Shown: positions 40,120 to 50,888, counted from the first letter of the stretch. The stretch is DNA of 64,000 nt from Lachnospiraceae bacterium (GCA_045627425.1 JAZQNS010000008.1:5775-69774), one strand, 5' to 3'. The notes: generated from the letters alone by a model not told the origin. Made by a program: numbers and translations.

Positions 40120-40148
40120 AATTTACATCATGGCACAGAGCTTGTCAA
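40120..40148 (-). promoter_or_regulatory. sigma-A promoter of the hrcA-grpE-dnaK-dnaJ operon
   Basis: On the minus strand, TTGACA (40148-40143), a 17-nt spacer, then TAAATT (40125-40120). It lies immediately upstream of CIRCE. Confidence 0.65.
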
Positions 40149-40189
40149 CAGACTTTATAAATTCTTTATATTTTTTTATTTCTAAACAT

Positions 40190-40220
40190 AAAAAGAGCTA
40201 TGAGAAATATCTCATAGCCC
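40190..40220 (-). terminator. intrinsic terminator after the DUF2225 gene
   Basis: The minus-strand stem GCTATGAGA/TCTCATAGC is followed by TCTTTTTATGTTT. Confidence 0.6.
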
Positions 40221-40244
40221 TTTAAAGCTAATTATTATTTACTT

Positions 40245-41111
40245 CTACTGACCAGTTTTTCCAGCCTTAATCTCTGCAATAATCTGATCCTTTAAGTCGA
40301 GAGCCTTGTCCTTCATTCTTCTGTTTGCTGACTGAGAAGTAAGAATGGACTGTAAAAACTTGGAAGCCACATCAAGCTTACCCAGCTTATAACTCATAAC
40401 TGACATAAGGTATGTCATGGTTCCCTCATCCATACCGCACATTGGGAAGCTTTCATTTTGGAAGGACTTCATTAGGCCTTCATATGCCTGTCTGTAGAAG
40501 GTTTCCTCGTCCTTTCTAGTATTTTCAACTATCTGCTTCTCCAAGTCGCTTTCATTTGGAAGACTTTCAGCCTTTCCTCTTAACAGCCATGAAATACACA
40601 GGCAAATCCATGCCTTCTCTGAATCCTTGTCCTTTTTTGCAATGGAATTAAAGAGGGCAAGTTTGTAACGCTCAATAGCCTCATCATAAGAGTAACTTTC
40701 TGGAAGCTCAAACTCTCCTCCAGTAAACTTCTCGCAAATCTGTTCCATCAGAAGCTTTCTCTGAACGGAAGTAATGTTCTCTATATTTCTGCTTACTCCT
40801 GTGTATCCGCAGTAAGGGCAGGAAATAATTGAATACTTCAAAGTATCAATATACTGATATCTAGGTCTGAGATCCTGGTCTGACTCAAGTCGCTTAACTC
40901 TACCCGTCTTCACCTGAAGTGTTGGGAAGGTCTTGTCACACATTTTGCATCTTACTACCTTACTCAAAAGGAAATCTGCTTCAACTGGTTCAGCCTTAAC
41001 TGAAACTTCCTCGCCATCCTCATTGACTACAGTTTTCTTATCCTCCTCAAAGAGGTTGTCCATCTGATCGGCGGATAAGCCAAATTTTTCAAGTCCTGAT
41101 AATAAACCCAT
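40245..41111 (-). CDS. DUF2225-like protein (N-terminal zinc ribbon, helical TPR-like C-terminus)
   Basis: The 288-aa ORF has the Cys pairs CKMCDK...CPYCGY followed by an all-helical region. Confidence 0.6.
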   Translation of the reverse strand: MGLLSGLEKFGLSADQMDNLFEEDKKTVVNEDGEEVSVKAEPVEADFLLSKVVRCKMCDKTFPTLQVKTGRVKRLESDQDLRPRYQYIDTLKYSIISCPYCGYTGVSRNIENITSVQRKLLMEQICEKFTGGEFELPESYSYDEAIERYKLALFNSIAKKDKDSEKAWICLCISWLLRGKAESLPNESDLEKQIVENTRKDEETFYRQAYEGLMKSFQNESFPMCGMDEGTMTYLMSVMSYKLGKLDVASKFLQSILTSQSANRRMKDKALDLKDQIIAEIKAGKTGQ

Positions 41112-41125
41112 TTATTTCCTCCTGA

Positions 41126-41980
41126 CTAGAACTTAATATGCTCGTGGGTAAAAAGATGGTCCTGGCAATAAACATGATTGCCCTGACACTTGCTACAATA
41201 TCTAAAGGTAAGACCAGGGTCGTCCTTCTCTGTTCTTCCACATACACTGCATTTATACCTTGGTCCCGCAGATGGGGAAGGTGGCGTGGCAGCTCTCTTA
41301 AAAGATTTTCTTCTGTGAATCTCATGAGGTGTATATCTTTTCAGATTCTTGGTTGAGAAATAGAAAATCACAAAGTTTAGCATTGAAGCCAGAATAACTG
41401 TTCTTCCATACCAGTTGCTAATTGCAAAATTATAACCCGTTAATGCTAGGTATATAACTGCAAGCCATTTCATTTTGACTGGAATCAAGAAATACAGGCG
41501 AACTTCCATATCCGGGAAACAAACAGCCATGGCCAGAAACATTGTAAGATTAATGTACTCTGTTCCGAAAGTAAATCCCAAAAAGGCTGAATTTCCAGTG
41601 GCAAGCAGTATACCATATAGAATAAAGGCTGCTATTACAGTAAATAAAACTCCACCCAATATATAAAGATTAAAGCGGAAGCTTCCCCAGTATGACTCAA
41701 GCACATTACCTACATAAAAGTAAAAGTAAAGCATAATCAGAGCAAGTATTCCTGTGGATTCCGGAATCAGAAGCCAGCTAACCAGTCTCCATAGCTGTCC
41801 ATGAAGAATATAATATGGCTCAAGTGAAATATAAGAAAGGATAGTGTAAGGATTGCCTGTCAACATGCTTCCAAGCCAGTAGAGGACGATACCTATTACA
41901 TATCCGCCAATTATATATTTTATTAAGCCCCTAATGGCATACTTTCCAAATTTTCTCTCTAACTTATTTACAAAATTCAA
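41126..41980 (-). CDS. polytopic rhomboid-like membrane protein with a C-terminal cytoplasmic zinc ribbon
   Basis: There are six or seven TM segments and a WRL motif (GQLWRLVSWLLIP). The C-terminus is YKCSVCGRTEKDD...YCSKCQGNHVYCQDHLFTHEH. The TTG start at 41980 has a GGAGGAAAG RBS. Confidence 0.5.
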   Translation of the reverse strand: MNFVNKLERKFGKYAIRGLIKYIIGGYVIGIVLYWLGSMLTGNPYTILSYISLEPYYILHGQLWRLVSWLLIPESTGILALIMLYFYFYVGNVLESYWGSFRFNLYILGGVLFTVIAAFILYGILLATGNSAFLGFTFGTEYINLTMFLAMAVCFPDMEVRLYFLIPVKMKWLAVIYLALTGYNFAISNWYGRTVILASMLNFVIFYFSTKNLKRYTPHEIHRRKSFKRAATPPSPSAGPRYKCSVCGRTEKDDPGLTFRYCSKCQGNHVYCQDHLFTHEHIKF

Positions 41981-42183
41981 AATCTCTTTCCTCCATAGAT
42001 AACATAATTATAGGAATTAAGAAAAAGTCTGTCAAATTGCTTAGGTGAAGTTTTTCTAAAATATAAGTGTTCATTTTGCCTTAATAAAGCTGCAATTGTT
42101 TTTTTTAATTATTGGGTGTATAATTTCCTTCGTGCGACTAGAAAATGCTTTTATATAAGAAGAAAAAGAATTTGGTGAATGAA

Positions 42184-45100
42184 ATGAGCAAAGAAAACCT
42201 TTATCGTTTAGGAGTGGATATCGGATCCACCACAGTCAAGGTAGCTCTCCTTGACAATGACGGGAAGCTGGTGTTCTCCGACTATAAGAGACACTATGCA
42301 AATATTCGTGAAACCCTTCAGGGTTTATTATCCGATGCATATGAAATCACAGGCGATGTTAGTATTGCGCCTATTATTACAGGTTCTGGCGGTCTAACTT
42401 TGGCAAAACATCTTGGCATACCATTTGTTCAGGAAGTAATTGCCGTATCCACTGCCCTTCAGGATTATGAACCTAAAACTGACGTTGCCATCGAGCTTGG
42501 CGGTGAAGATGCCAAGATTATTTACTTTGAAGGCGGCAACGTTGAACAGAGAATGAACGGTATCTGTGCCGGTGGTACAGGTTCCTTTATTGACCAGATG
42601 GCCTCCCTCTTACAGACAGATGCCTCCGGTCTTAATTCCTATGCAAAGGACTACAATGAAATCTATCCAATAGCAGCCCGCTGCGGTGTTTTTGCCAAGA
42701 CAGACATCCAGCCTTTAATCAACGAAGGAGCCAAGAAGTCTGACCTCTCCGCTTCCATTCTTCAGGCAGTGGTTAACCAGACTATTTCTGGTCTTGCCTG
42801 CGGAAAGCCAATCAGAGGTCATGTTGCTTTCCTTGGCGGTCCCCTTCACTTCCTTGACCAGCTTAGAGACGCTTTTATCAGAACCTTAAACTTAGATGAT
42901 GAACACACTATCGTTCCTGATAACTCTCATTTATTTGCTGCAATTGGTTCAGCTCTAAACTACAAAGAGGACGTAACATACCCTCTTTCAGAGATTGTAA
43001 AGAAGTTAGATTCTGAGATTCATATGGAGTTTGAGGTTGCCCGCCTTACACCTCTCTTTGAATCCGAAGCAGATTACCAGGCCTTCACAAAGAGACATCA
43101 GAAGGCCACTGTGAAAAAGGGGGATTTGTCCACCTATCACGGTAACTGCTATTTAGGTATAGACTCAGGTTCTACAACCACAAAGGTGGCCCTTGTAAGC
43201 GAAGAAGGCGAGCTTTTATATTCCTTCTACTCATCCAATGAAGGCTCACCATTAAAGACAGCTATCAAGTCCCTAAGAGAGATGTATTCTCTTATGCCTG
43301 ATGACTGTCATATTGTTCACTCCTGCTCCACCGGCTACGGCGAAGCACTTATGAAGGCAGGTCTGATGTTAGACGAGGGCGAGGTTGAGACCGTAGCCCA
43401 CTACTATGCTGCGTCCTTCTTTAATAAGGATGTGGATTGTATCCTTGACATCGGTGGTCAGGATATGAAGTGTATCAAAATAAAGAAACAGACTGTAGAT
43501 TCCGTACAGTTAAATGAGGCTTGTTCCTCAGGATGCGGTTCCTTTATTGAGACCTTCGCAAAATCCTTAAACTTCACAGTCAGAGATTTTGCCAAGGAGG
43601 CTTTATTTGCAGCCCATCCAATAGACTTAGGTACCCGATGTACCGTATTTATGAACAGTAAAGTTAAGCAGGCTCAGAAGGAAGGTGCCTCTGTGGCTGA
43701 TATTTCTGCAGGTCTTGCTTACTCAGTTATCAAGAATGCTTTATTTAAGGTTATCAAGTTAACTGATGCCAAGCAGCTAGGCAAAAATGTTGTTGTACAG
43801 GGTGGTACCTTCTATAATGACGCAGTTCTTCGCTCCTTTGAGACTATCTCAGGTGTGGAAGCTATAAGGCCTGACATTGCAGGTATCATGGGTGCCTTCG
43901 GCGCAGCCCTTGTTGCAAGGGAGCGCCATACAGAGGGATACCAGTCCACCACCCTTGATGTGGCCGGACTTGATGCCTTAAACTATGACACTAAGCTCAC
44001 CAGATGCCAGGGCTGCTTAAACCACTGCCTGCTGACTATCAACAATTTCGGCGGCGGCCGTCATTATATTACCGGTAACCGCTGCGAAAAGGGTTTAGGA
44101 AAAGAAAAGAACAAAGATAATGTTCCTAATCTTTTTGACTACAAATATAAAAGACTCTTTAACTATGAGTCTTTAAACAGGGAAACAGCAAAGCGCGGAA
44201 CTGTAGGTATACCAAGGGTTCTCAACATGTACGAAAACTACCCATTCTGGCATACCTTCTTTACTGAGTTAGGCTTCAGCGTTCTTCTGTCACCTCAGTC
44301 AAGCAGAAAGATATATGAATTAGGTATTGAATCTATTCCATCAGAATCTGAATGCTACCCGGCAAAACTTGCCCACGGACACATTAGCTGGTTAATTAAA
44401 CAGGAACCCGACTTCATTTTCTACCCATGTATTCCATTTGAAAGAAATGAGTTTCCTGGTTCCAACAACCACTATAACTGTCCAATCGTAACCTCATACG
44501 CAGAGAATATTAAAAACAACGTGGACGAGATTACCAATGGCCAGGTTAGATTCCTTGATCCTTTCTTCGCATTGTCCAGCGAAAAGGTTATTACTGATGG
44601 CTTAGTATCAAACTTTAAAGAAGAATTCCCTGATATTCCATCAGGCGAGATTAGGCGTGCTGCCCATCTTGCTTGGAACGAGCTTGCCAGGGTTCATAAG
44701 GACATTGAAAAGAAGGGTGAAGAAACCCTTAAGTATCTTGAAAAAACAGGCCGCAGGGGAATTATCCTTGCAGGTCGTCCATATCATGTTGACCCAGAGA
44801 TTAACCACGGCATTCCAGAACTTATTAATTCCTATGGTATAGCCGTGTTTACCGAGGATTCAGTTTCCCACCTCGGTCAGGTTGAGCGTCCTCTGATTGT
44901 AATGGACCAGTGGATGTACCACTCAAGACTTTATTCCGCAGCTAATTATGCCAAGAAGCGCGAGGATTTAGACCTTATTCAGTTAAACTCCTTCGGCTGT
45001 GGTCTTGACGCAGTAACTACAGACTGTGTAAGTGATATCCTTACCAAGTCAGACAAAATATATACCTGTCTAAAGATTGATGAGGTTAACAACTTAGGTG

Positions 45101-46440
45101 CTGCAAGAATACGTATACGTTCTCTCCTTTCCGCCCTCAGGGTTAAGGAGAACAAAAACGAGAAGAGAAATATCGCTCCTGCAAACTATGACAGAATAGT
45201 CTTCACTGAAGATATGAAGGACAAGTACACTATTTTATGTCCTCAGATGTCACCAATTCATTTTGACCTTATTGGACCTGCCTTCGACCATGCGGGCTAC
45301 AACTTCGTAGTTCTGCAGAACGACAACCGACAGGCTATTGACGCAGGACTAAGATATGTAAATAACGATGCCTGCTTCCCTTCCTTAATCGTTGTTGGAC
45401 AGATTATGGATGCCATTGAATCAGGCAAATACGATGTAAACAAACTTGCAGTCATAATATCCCAGACGGGTGGTGGCTGCAGAGCCAGCAACTATATTGG
45501 CTTTATCAGAAGAGCTCTTGAGAAGGCAGGATATCCGGACATTCCAGTAATTTCCATTAACCTAAGCGGCCTTGAAAAGAACCCAGGCTTCAAGGTTATG
45601 GATTACCAGCTCTTAAAGAGAGGCTTATATGCCCTTGTATTTGGAGACCTCTTCCTAAGATGCCTCTACAGGGTAAGACCTTACGAGGAAGTCCCTGGTT
45701 CCGCTAACGAACTTCACGAGGCATGGAAAAAGAAGGTTATCGACTTCGTAACACAGGATAAGACACCTTCACACAAGGTATTTAAAAAGATGTGTAAGGA
45801 GCTAGTTCATGACTTCGATACCCTTCCAATCAAGGATATTAAGAAACCACGAGTAGGAGTTGTTGGAGAGATTTTAGTTAAGTTCTCTCCTATCGGTAAC
45901 AACTATGTTGTTGACCTTTTAGAGTCAGAGGGAGCTGAGGCTGTTGTTCCAGACCTTACAGACTTCTTACTCTACTGCTTCTACAACAATAACTTTAAGC
46001 ATGAGCATTTAGGCTTTGGCAAAAAATCTCTTATCATAGGCAATCTTGGAATAAAGTTCTTAGAGTGGCTTAGAAGGGATGCCAGAAAGGCTTTAGAGGA
46101 ATCGAACCGTTTCACACCTCCTGCTTATATTAATGAAACAGCCGAGGCGGCCAAGGAGATTGTGTCTATTGGTAACCAGACTGGTGAGGGATGGTTCTTA
46201 ACCGGAGAAATGTTAGAGTTAATCCATAGCGGAACTCCTAATATTATCTGTGCTCAGCCTTTTGCCTGTCTGCCTAACCACGTTGTTGGAAAGGGCGTAA
46301 TAAAGAGATTACGTCATCTTCATCCAGAGGCAAATATCGTGGCAATTGACTATGACCCAGGTGCTTCCGAGGTAAACCAGCTAAACAGAATCAAGCTTAT
46401 GTTATCCACTGCTAACAAAAACTTAAATAAGGACATATAA
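42184..46440 (+). CDS. fusion protein: two BcrAD/BadFG-type (HgdC-like) activase ATPase modules plus a 2-hydroxyacyl-CoA dehydratase-like/DUF2229 region
   Basis: Two ASKHA phosphate-1 motifs are present ([13 protein letters not shown] and [13 protein letters not shown]), each with downstream cluster Cys motifs (ICAGGTGSF and ACSSGCGSF). A Cys-rich linker (CQGCLNHC...NRCEKG) and a ~800-aa C-terminal dehydratase-like part follow. The ATG at 42184 has a GGTGA RBS, while the upstream ATG at 42145 has none. Confidence 0.8.
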   Translation: MSKENLYRLGVDIGSTTVKVALLDNDGKLVFSDYKRHYANIRETLQGLLSDAYEITGDVSIAPIITGSGGLTLAKHLGIPFVQEVIAVSTALQDYEPKTDVAIELGGEDAKIIYFEGGNVEQRMNGICAGGTGSFIDQMASLLQTDASGLNSYAKDYNEIYPIAARCGVFAKTDIQPLINEGAKKSDLSASILQAVVNQTISGLACGKPIRGHVAFLGGPLHFLDQLRDAFIRTLNLDDEHTIVPDNSHLFAAIGSALNYKEDVTYPLSEIVKKLDSEIHMEFEVARLTPLFESEADYQAFTKRHQKATVKKGDLSTYHGNCYLGIDSGSTTTKVALVSEEGELLYSFYSSNEGSPLKTAIKSLREMYSLMPDDCHIVHSCSTGYGEALMKAGLMLDEGEVETVAHYYAASFFNKDVDCILDIGGQDMKCIKIKKQTVDSVQLNEACSSGCGSFIETFAKSLNFTVRDFAKEALFAAHPIDLGTRCTVFMNSKVKQAQKEGASVADISAGLAYSVIKNALFKVIKLTDAKQLGKNVVVQGGTFYNDAVLRSFETISGVEAIRPDIAGIMGAFGAALVARERHTEGYQSTTLDVAGLDALNYDTKLTRCQGCLNHCLLTINNFGGGRHYITGNRCEKGLGKEKNKDNVPNLFDYKYKRLFNYESLNRETAKRGTVGIPRVLNMYENYPFWHTFFTELGFSVLLSPQSSRKIYELGIESIPSESECYPAKLAHGHISWLIKQEPDFIFYPCIPFERNEFPGSNNHYNCPIVTSYAENIKNNVDEITNGQVRFLDPFFALSSEKVITDGLVSNFKEEFPDIPSGEIRRAAHLAWNELARVHKDIEKKGEETLKYLEKTGRRGIILAGRPYHVDPEINHGIPELINSYGIAVFTEDSVSHLGQVERPLIVMDQWMYHSRLYSAANYAKKREDLDLIQLNSFGCGLDAVTTDCVSDILTKSDKIYTCLKIDEVNNLGAARIRIRSLLSALRVKENKNEKRNIAPANYDRIVFTEDMKDKYTILCPQMSPIHFDLIGPAFDHAGYNFVVLQNDNRQAIDAGLRYVNNDACFPSLIVVGQIMDAIESGKYDVNKLAVIISQTGGGCRASNYIGFIRRALEKAGYPDIPVISINLSGLEKNPGFKVMDYQLLKRGLYALVFGDLFLRCLYRVRPYEEVPGSANELHEAWKKKVIDFVTQDKTPSHKVFKKMCKELVHDFDTLPIKDIKKPRVGVVGEILVKFSPIGNNYVVDLLESEGAEAVVPDLTDFLLYCFYNNNFKHEHLGFGKKSLIIGNLGIKFLEWLRRDARKALEESNRFTPPAYINETAEAAKEIVSIGNQTGEGWFLTGEMLELIHSGTPNIICAQPFACLPNHVVGKGVIKRLRHLHPEANIVAIDYDPGASEVNQLNRIKLMLSTANKNLNKDI

Positions 46441-46443
46441 ATT

Positions 46444-46474
46444 AAAGGCCAACCCAAAACCGGGTTGGCCTTTT
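46444..46474. terminator. bidirectional terminator between the activase-fusion gene and htpG
   Basis: The stem ggccaaccc/gggttggcc is flanked by aaa and tttt. Confidence 0.8.
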
Positions 46475-46476
46475 AA

Positions 46477-48378
46477 TTACTTAGTTAACAGCATCATAAT
46501 CTCGTTGGAGCGATTTAAGAATCTGGTCATTTCGTCAGGAGTCAAGGGTCTGTTTGCAAGTAAAGCTAAATCATATAACTGCTGACAGAAAAGAGGTACA
46601 TTCTTAGATCTCTTATGCTCTAATATGAACTGAACCAATGGATGATTCTGGTTAAGAATAAGGGTCTCATCCTTAGGGAACATGGATGGATCCATTCCTG
46701 CCATTCCATATGCTCTCATCATGTCCTGCATTCTGCGTCCTTCCTCAGACAGCATTAATAATGAAGCTACATTCTCGTCCTTCATCTTCAGGACATTAAC
46801 CTTTAATTCTTCATTCTCAAGGGCTTTCTGGAAGATAGATGTCAATCCCTCCTCAGTATCCTTAAGTTCGTCAGAAGCTACGTCTTCCTTGGAATCAGCT
46901 GAAACCTCTGCATCTATTCTCATGAATCTGTAATTCTGGTTTCTGCTTTCAAGCTGAGTGATAAAGGAGGTATCAATGGAACTGTCTAGTATAACAGCCT
47001 TGGTTCCTGCATTCTTAAAGATATTAATATACTGGCTCTGCTGAATCTCATCAGATACATAGTAAATGATTGCAGGCTCAGTTTTATTCTCCTCAGTCTC
47101 AATAACCTCCTCGTTCTCCTCCTTATCTTCCTTAACTAAGAGTTCTGGAAGGGTGATATAGTTATGGTCTAAATCCTTAAAGAGAATAAAATCATTCATT
47201 TTATCGCAGAATTTCTCGTCTCTCAAGCATCCGAACTTGATAAATGGACTAATATCGTCCCAGAACTTCTCGTAGTTCTCCTTGTCTGTCTTGCACATAC
47301 CAGACAGCTTGTCAGCCACCTTCTTGGTAATGTAATCGGAAATCTTGGTAACAAAGCCGTCATTCTGAAGAGCAGATCTTGATACATTAAGTGGAAGATC
47401 AGGACAATCAATTACTCCCTTTAAAAGCATTAAAAATTCTGGAATAACTTCCTTAATATTATCTGCAATAAAGACCTGATTATTATAAAGCTTAATAGTT
47501 CCTTCAATGGAGTCATACTCTGTGTTAATCTTAGGGAAATAAAGGATTCCCTTAAGGTTAAATGGGTAATCCATATTTAAATGTATCCAGAACAATGGCT
47601 CTTTATAATCCTGGAAGACCTTTCTGTAGAAGGTCTTGTAATCCTCATCGTTACATTCAGAAGGATTTCTGCACCAGAGTGGATTGGTATCATTAATAGG
47701 CTTAACCTCAGTCTCCTCTCCCTCTTTGGCCTCTTCTTTCTCCTCATTGGCATTCTCTAAATAAATCTCAGTAGGCATGAAGGAGCAGTATTTGTTAAGA
47801 ACCTCCCTAACCCTGTATTCATTTGCAAATTCCAATGAATCCTCATTCAAAAACAAGGTGATTTTAGTACCTACAGTATCGTAGTTTCCCTCAGTCATAG
47901 AGTAGTCTGTACCACCATCACACTCCCAGTGAACAGGACTTGCATCTTTTCTATAGGAAAGAGAATCAATATGAACCTCATCAGCAACCATAAAAGCTGA
48001 ATAGAATCCTAATCCGAAATGACCAATAATCTGATCTTCATTTGTCTTATCCTTATACTTGTTAAGAAACTCTGTGGCACCAGAAAAAGCTATCTGGCAA
48101 ATATACTCCTCCACCTCATCAGCTGTAAGTCCAAGACCGTTGTCAATAAATGTCAGGGTCTTCTCCTCTGCGTTGGTGATTACGCGAATTTCTGGCTTAA
48201 ATCCATCTTCCAATTCACACTCACCCATCATATCAAGCTTCTTTAGTTTGGTGATGGCATCGCATCCATTACTAACCAGCTCTCTGATAAAAATGTCGTG
48301 GTCAGAGTATAACCACTTCTTAATAATAGGGAAAATATTCTCGCTATTGATTGATAATGTTCCCTGTCTACGTTCCAT
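46477..48378 (-). CDS. htpG: molecular chaperone HtpG (Hsp90)
   Basis: The GHKL N-domain (IRELVSNGCDA, GHFGLGFYS) is present. The length is 633 aa. Confidence 0.95.
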   Translation of the reverse strand: MERRQGTLSINSENIFPIIKKWLYSDHDIFIRELVSNGCDAITKLKKLDMMGECELEDGFKPEIRVITNAEEKTLTFIDNGLGLTADEVEEYICQIAFSGATEFLNKYKDKTNEDQIIGHFGLGFYSAFMVADEVHIDSLSYRKDASPVHWECDGGTDYSMTEGNYDTVGTKITLFLNEDSLEFANEYRVREVLNKYCSFMPTEIYLENANEEKEEAKEGEETEVKPINDTNPLWCRNPSECNDEDYKTFYRKVFQDYKEPLFWIHLNMDYPFNLKGILYFPKINTEYDSIEGTIKLYNNQVFIADNIKEVIPEFLMLLKGVIDCPDLPLNVSRSALQNDGFVTKISDYITKKVADKLSGMCKTDKENYEKFWDDISPFIKFGCLRDEKFCDKMNDFILFKDLDHNYITLPELLVKEDKEENEEVIETEENKTEPAIIYYVSDEIQQSQYINIFKNAGTKAVILDSSIDTSFITQLESRNQNYRFMRIDAEVSADSKEDVASDELKDTEEGLTSIFQKALENEELKVNVLKMKDENVASLLMLSEEGRRMQDMMRAYGMAGMDPSMFPKDETLILNQNHPLVQFILEHKRSKNVPLFCQQLYDLALLANRPLTPDEMTRFLNRSNEIMMLLTK

Positions 48379-48396
48379 AATGTAACCTTCTCTCTT

Positions 48397-50145
48397 TTAA
48401 TTCTTTTCTACGGTAACAACACCCTTCTTACAATCAAGCTTAACGTATGCACCGCTCTTTAAAATGCTAGTGGCATTTCTAGCACCGGAAAGCACTGGCA
48501 GATCAAGTGAAAGACCAACAATTGCAGCGTGGCTATGGCTTCCGCTGGTCTCCACAACAAGTCCCGATGCAGCCTTAATCTGTGGTAGCATACCGTTGGT
48601 GGTTTCCTTTGCCACAATTATGTCGCCATCGGAGAAATTCTTTAAATCCTCCTCTTTTTCTATAACACACAGATGGCCTGTTGCAATTCCATCTCCAATG
48701 CCTTTTCCAGTCATTAATATATTTCCAGCAACATGAACCTTAATGAGATTAGTGGTTCCGGAAACGCCTACTGGCACTCCTGCTGTAATTACCACAACAT
48801 CTCCGGACTCAAGAAGTCCTGCTTCCATTGCTGTATCAACTGAACCGTCAAATAGTTCATCTGCACTGGCTCTCTCCTCTAAAACCATAGGAAGTACTCC
48901 CCAGGAGAGATTTAACTGTCTGCATACCTGCTCAGTAACTGCAAAGCAGATGATTGGGCAGGATGGACGGTATTTACTAATCATGCGTGCTGTACGACCT
49001 GACTGGGTAACAGTCACAATTGCTGCGGCTCCTAAATCCATGGCTGTCATACATGTAGCATGTGAAATAGCGTTGGTTATGTCTGGATTAACCATTGATT
49101 TCAGTTCTCTGAATCTCTTTCCGTAGTTAATATTTCTCTCAGTGGTGAGCGCAATCTTAACCATGGTCTTAAGAGCCTCAACAGGGTAAGAACCTGCAGC
49201 GGTTTCGCCAGACAGCATAATAGCTGATGTTCCATCGTAGATTGCGTTGGCAACATCGGTGGTCTCTGCTCTTGTTGGACGTGGATTCTTTATCATGGAA
49301 TCTAACATCTGAGTAGCAGTGATTACAACCTTGCCTGCATTGTATACCTTACGGATAATATCCTTCTGAATGATAGGGACTTCCTCAAAAGGAATCTCAA
49401 CTCCCATGTCTCCTCGGGCAACCATAATACCATCGGTGACCTTAATAATCTCATCGATGTTCATGACTCCCTGCATGTTCTCAATCTTGGCTATGATGTT
49501 TAAGGAATCGCAGTTATACTCATCCATTATCTTTCTAATTTCTAAAATGTCGTCAGCAGAGCGAACAAAAGATGCCGCTATAAAGTCAAATCCCTGCTCT
49601 ATGGCAAAAATAATATCTGATCTGTCCTTTTCACTAATGTAAGGCATGGACAATTCCACGTTAGGAACGTTAACGCCCTTCTTATTGGAAATTACGCCCT
49701 CATTCTTGACCTGACACACAATAGCGTCGTCCCTTAATTCCTTAACCTCCATGTCAATAAGACCATCATCAATTAGAATCTGTGATCCTACTGCCACGTC
49801 GTTTATGAGATTAGGATAGGTGATAGATACGCCCTGCTCATCACCCTCTTTATCTTCAAGATAGAGGCAAAACGTCTGCCCCTTCTTAAGGGTTATTTTG
49901 CCATCTTTAAAGTCTTTTATTCTTATTTCTGGTCCCTTGGTATCAAGAAGGGCCGCAACTGGTCTATTGTGCTCTTCTCTAAGGGCTTTTAGCTTAAGAA
50001 GCCTCTCTAACTGTTCCTCATGGCTTCCATGAGAGAAGTTAAATCGGGCAACGTCCATTCCCTCTTTAATTAATTCAGAAAGAATCCCTTCCTTATCGGT
50101 TGATGGTCCAAGGGTACATACAATTTTTGTCTTACGAATCTGCAT
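48397..50145 (-). CDS. pyk: pyruvate kinase with a C-terminal PEP-utilizer mobile domain
   Basis: MQIRKTKIVCTLGPS and MVARGDMGVE are present. An extra ~100-aa C-terminal domain carries GSHSHAAIV, as in Bacillus-type PK. Confidence 0.95.
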   Translation of the reverse strand: MQIRKTKIVCTLGPSTDKEGILSELIKEGMDVARFNFSHGSHEEQLERLLKLKALREEHNRPVAALLDTKGPEIRIKDFKDGKITLKKGQTFCLYLEDKEGDEQGVSITYPNLINDVAVGSQILIDDGLIDMEVKELRDDAIVCQVKNEGVISNKKGVNVPNVELSMPYISEKDRSDIIFAIEQGFDFIAASFVRSADDILEIRKIMDEYNCDSLNIIAKIENMQGVMNIDEIIKVTDGIMVARGDMGVEIPFEEVPIIQKDIIRKVYNAGKVVITATQMLDSMIKNPRPTRAETTDVANAIYDGTSAIMLSGETAAGSYPVEALKTMVKIALTTERNINYGKRFRELKSMVNPDITNAISHATCMTAMDLGAAAIVTVTQSGRTARMISKYRPSCPIICFAVTEQVCRQLNLSWGVLPMVLEERASADELFDGSVDTAMEAGLLESGDVVVITAGVPVGVSGTTNLIKVHVAGNILMTGKGIGDGIATGHLCVIEKEEDLKNFSDGDIIVAKETTNGMLPQIKAASGLVVETSGSHSHAAIVGLSLDLPVLSGARNATSILKSGAYVKLDCKKGVVTVEKN

Positions 50146-50154
50146 AATATCTCC

Positions 50155-50868
50155 TTATATCAGAGTTCTGAAGTCTGTTCTCTGCAAGCCTTCTCTTTGC
50201 TTGGCAGCAATATAGCCGCCCAAAAACTGATTGTTGAAGTTATCCAGAACACATCCCACAAGTCTGCTGCTTCCTATTGTCTGCATTCTGACTACAGTGG
50301 CATCGAGACTGATCTTCATAGGCATGTTATGCCTGTCAGATTTTCCAATACAGTCACTGTATTGGAAGTTACATTTGTCACCCACACTAACCTCACACTC
50401 ACATGGAAGCAATACTCCGATTCCACCGAGGCTTATGTCTCTGATAACAACCTCTCTCTGAAGCTTGTTACCTGCTACAGTTCCAACTCCAGAAATGTTT
50501 AGCCACTGTCTGTAGTTTTCCCTTCGCTCGTGTTTAACCCCTTCGCTCTTTGTGTAGAAGATATTTACCTCTCCTGCATCAGGAAGAGCTGCCTTAACAA
50601 CCTTGGTATTTCTCCAGCAGAATGGTCTTGAATTAACAAGTCCTGTCAGGTGATAAGTGACATTAGGGGATGCTAAATTAACCACCTTCTCTCCTACTTT
50701 CACAGCCTTTACTGCACAGTAGTCGACATCCTCCTCCAAAAGCTCTGTTACCAGGCTCTCGTCCTTGCTTGTTAAATCCACAATCTGCTCTGCGAAATTC
50801 GCTGTCCTGTCTCCCATAACAGCACAGATTCCCAAATTGCTGCCTACTCTGATTTTCCTTAGTTCCAT
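50155..50868 (-). CDS. PilZ domain protein (putative c-di-GMP receptor, YcgR-like size)
   Basis: The RxxxR motif (RRENYR) and the DxSxxG motif (DISLGGIG) lie ~30 aa apart in the C-terminal half. Confidence 0.7.
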   Translation of the reverse strand: MELRKIRVGSNLGICAVMGDRTANFAEQIVDLTSKDESLVTELLEEDVDYCAVKAVKVGEKVVNLASPNVTYHLTGLVNSRPFCWRNTKVVKAALPDAGEVNIFYTKSEGVKHERRENYRQWLNISGVGTVAGNKLQREVVIRDISLGGIGVLLPCECEVSVGDKCNFQYSDCIGKSDRHNMPMKISLDATVVRMQTIGSSRLVGCVLDNFNNQFLGGYIAAKQREGLQRTDFRTLI

Positions 50869-50888
50869 AGCCCTGTTCCTACTCTTCT

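Noticed and set aside
41089-41325. A 78-aa ORF bridges the DUF2225 and rhomboid-like genes.
   Set aside because: It overlaps both well-supported genes out of frame, has no RBS and has unremarkable composition. It is a spurious ORF.
42145-42183. An upstream ATG at 42145 could start the activase-fusion gene.
   Set aside because: It has no Shine-Dalgarno sequence and adds a Lys-rich peptide ([13 protein letters not shown]). The ATG at 42184 has a GGTGA RBS and begins just before the ASKHA phosphate-1 motif. I cannot fully exclude the longer form.
48379-48396. I looked for a CIRCE element or heat-shock promoter in front of htpG.
   Set aside because: The gap is only 18 nt and contains just an RBS. 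No TTAGCACTC-like half-site is present.
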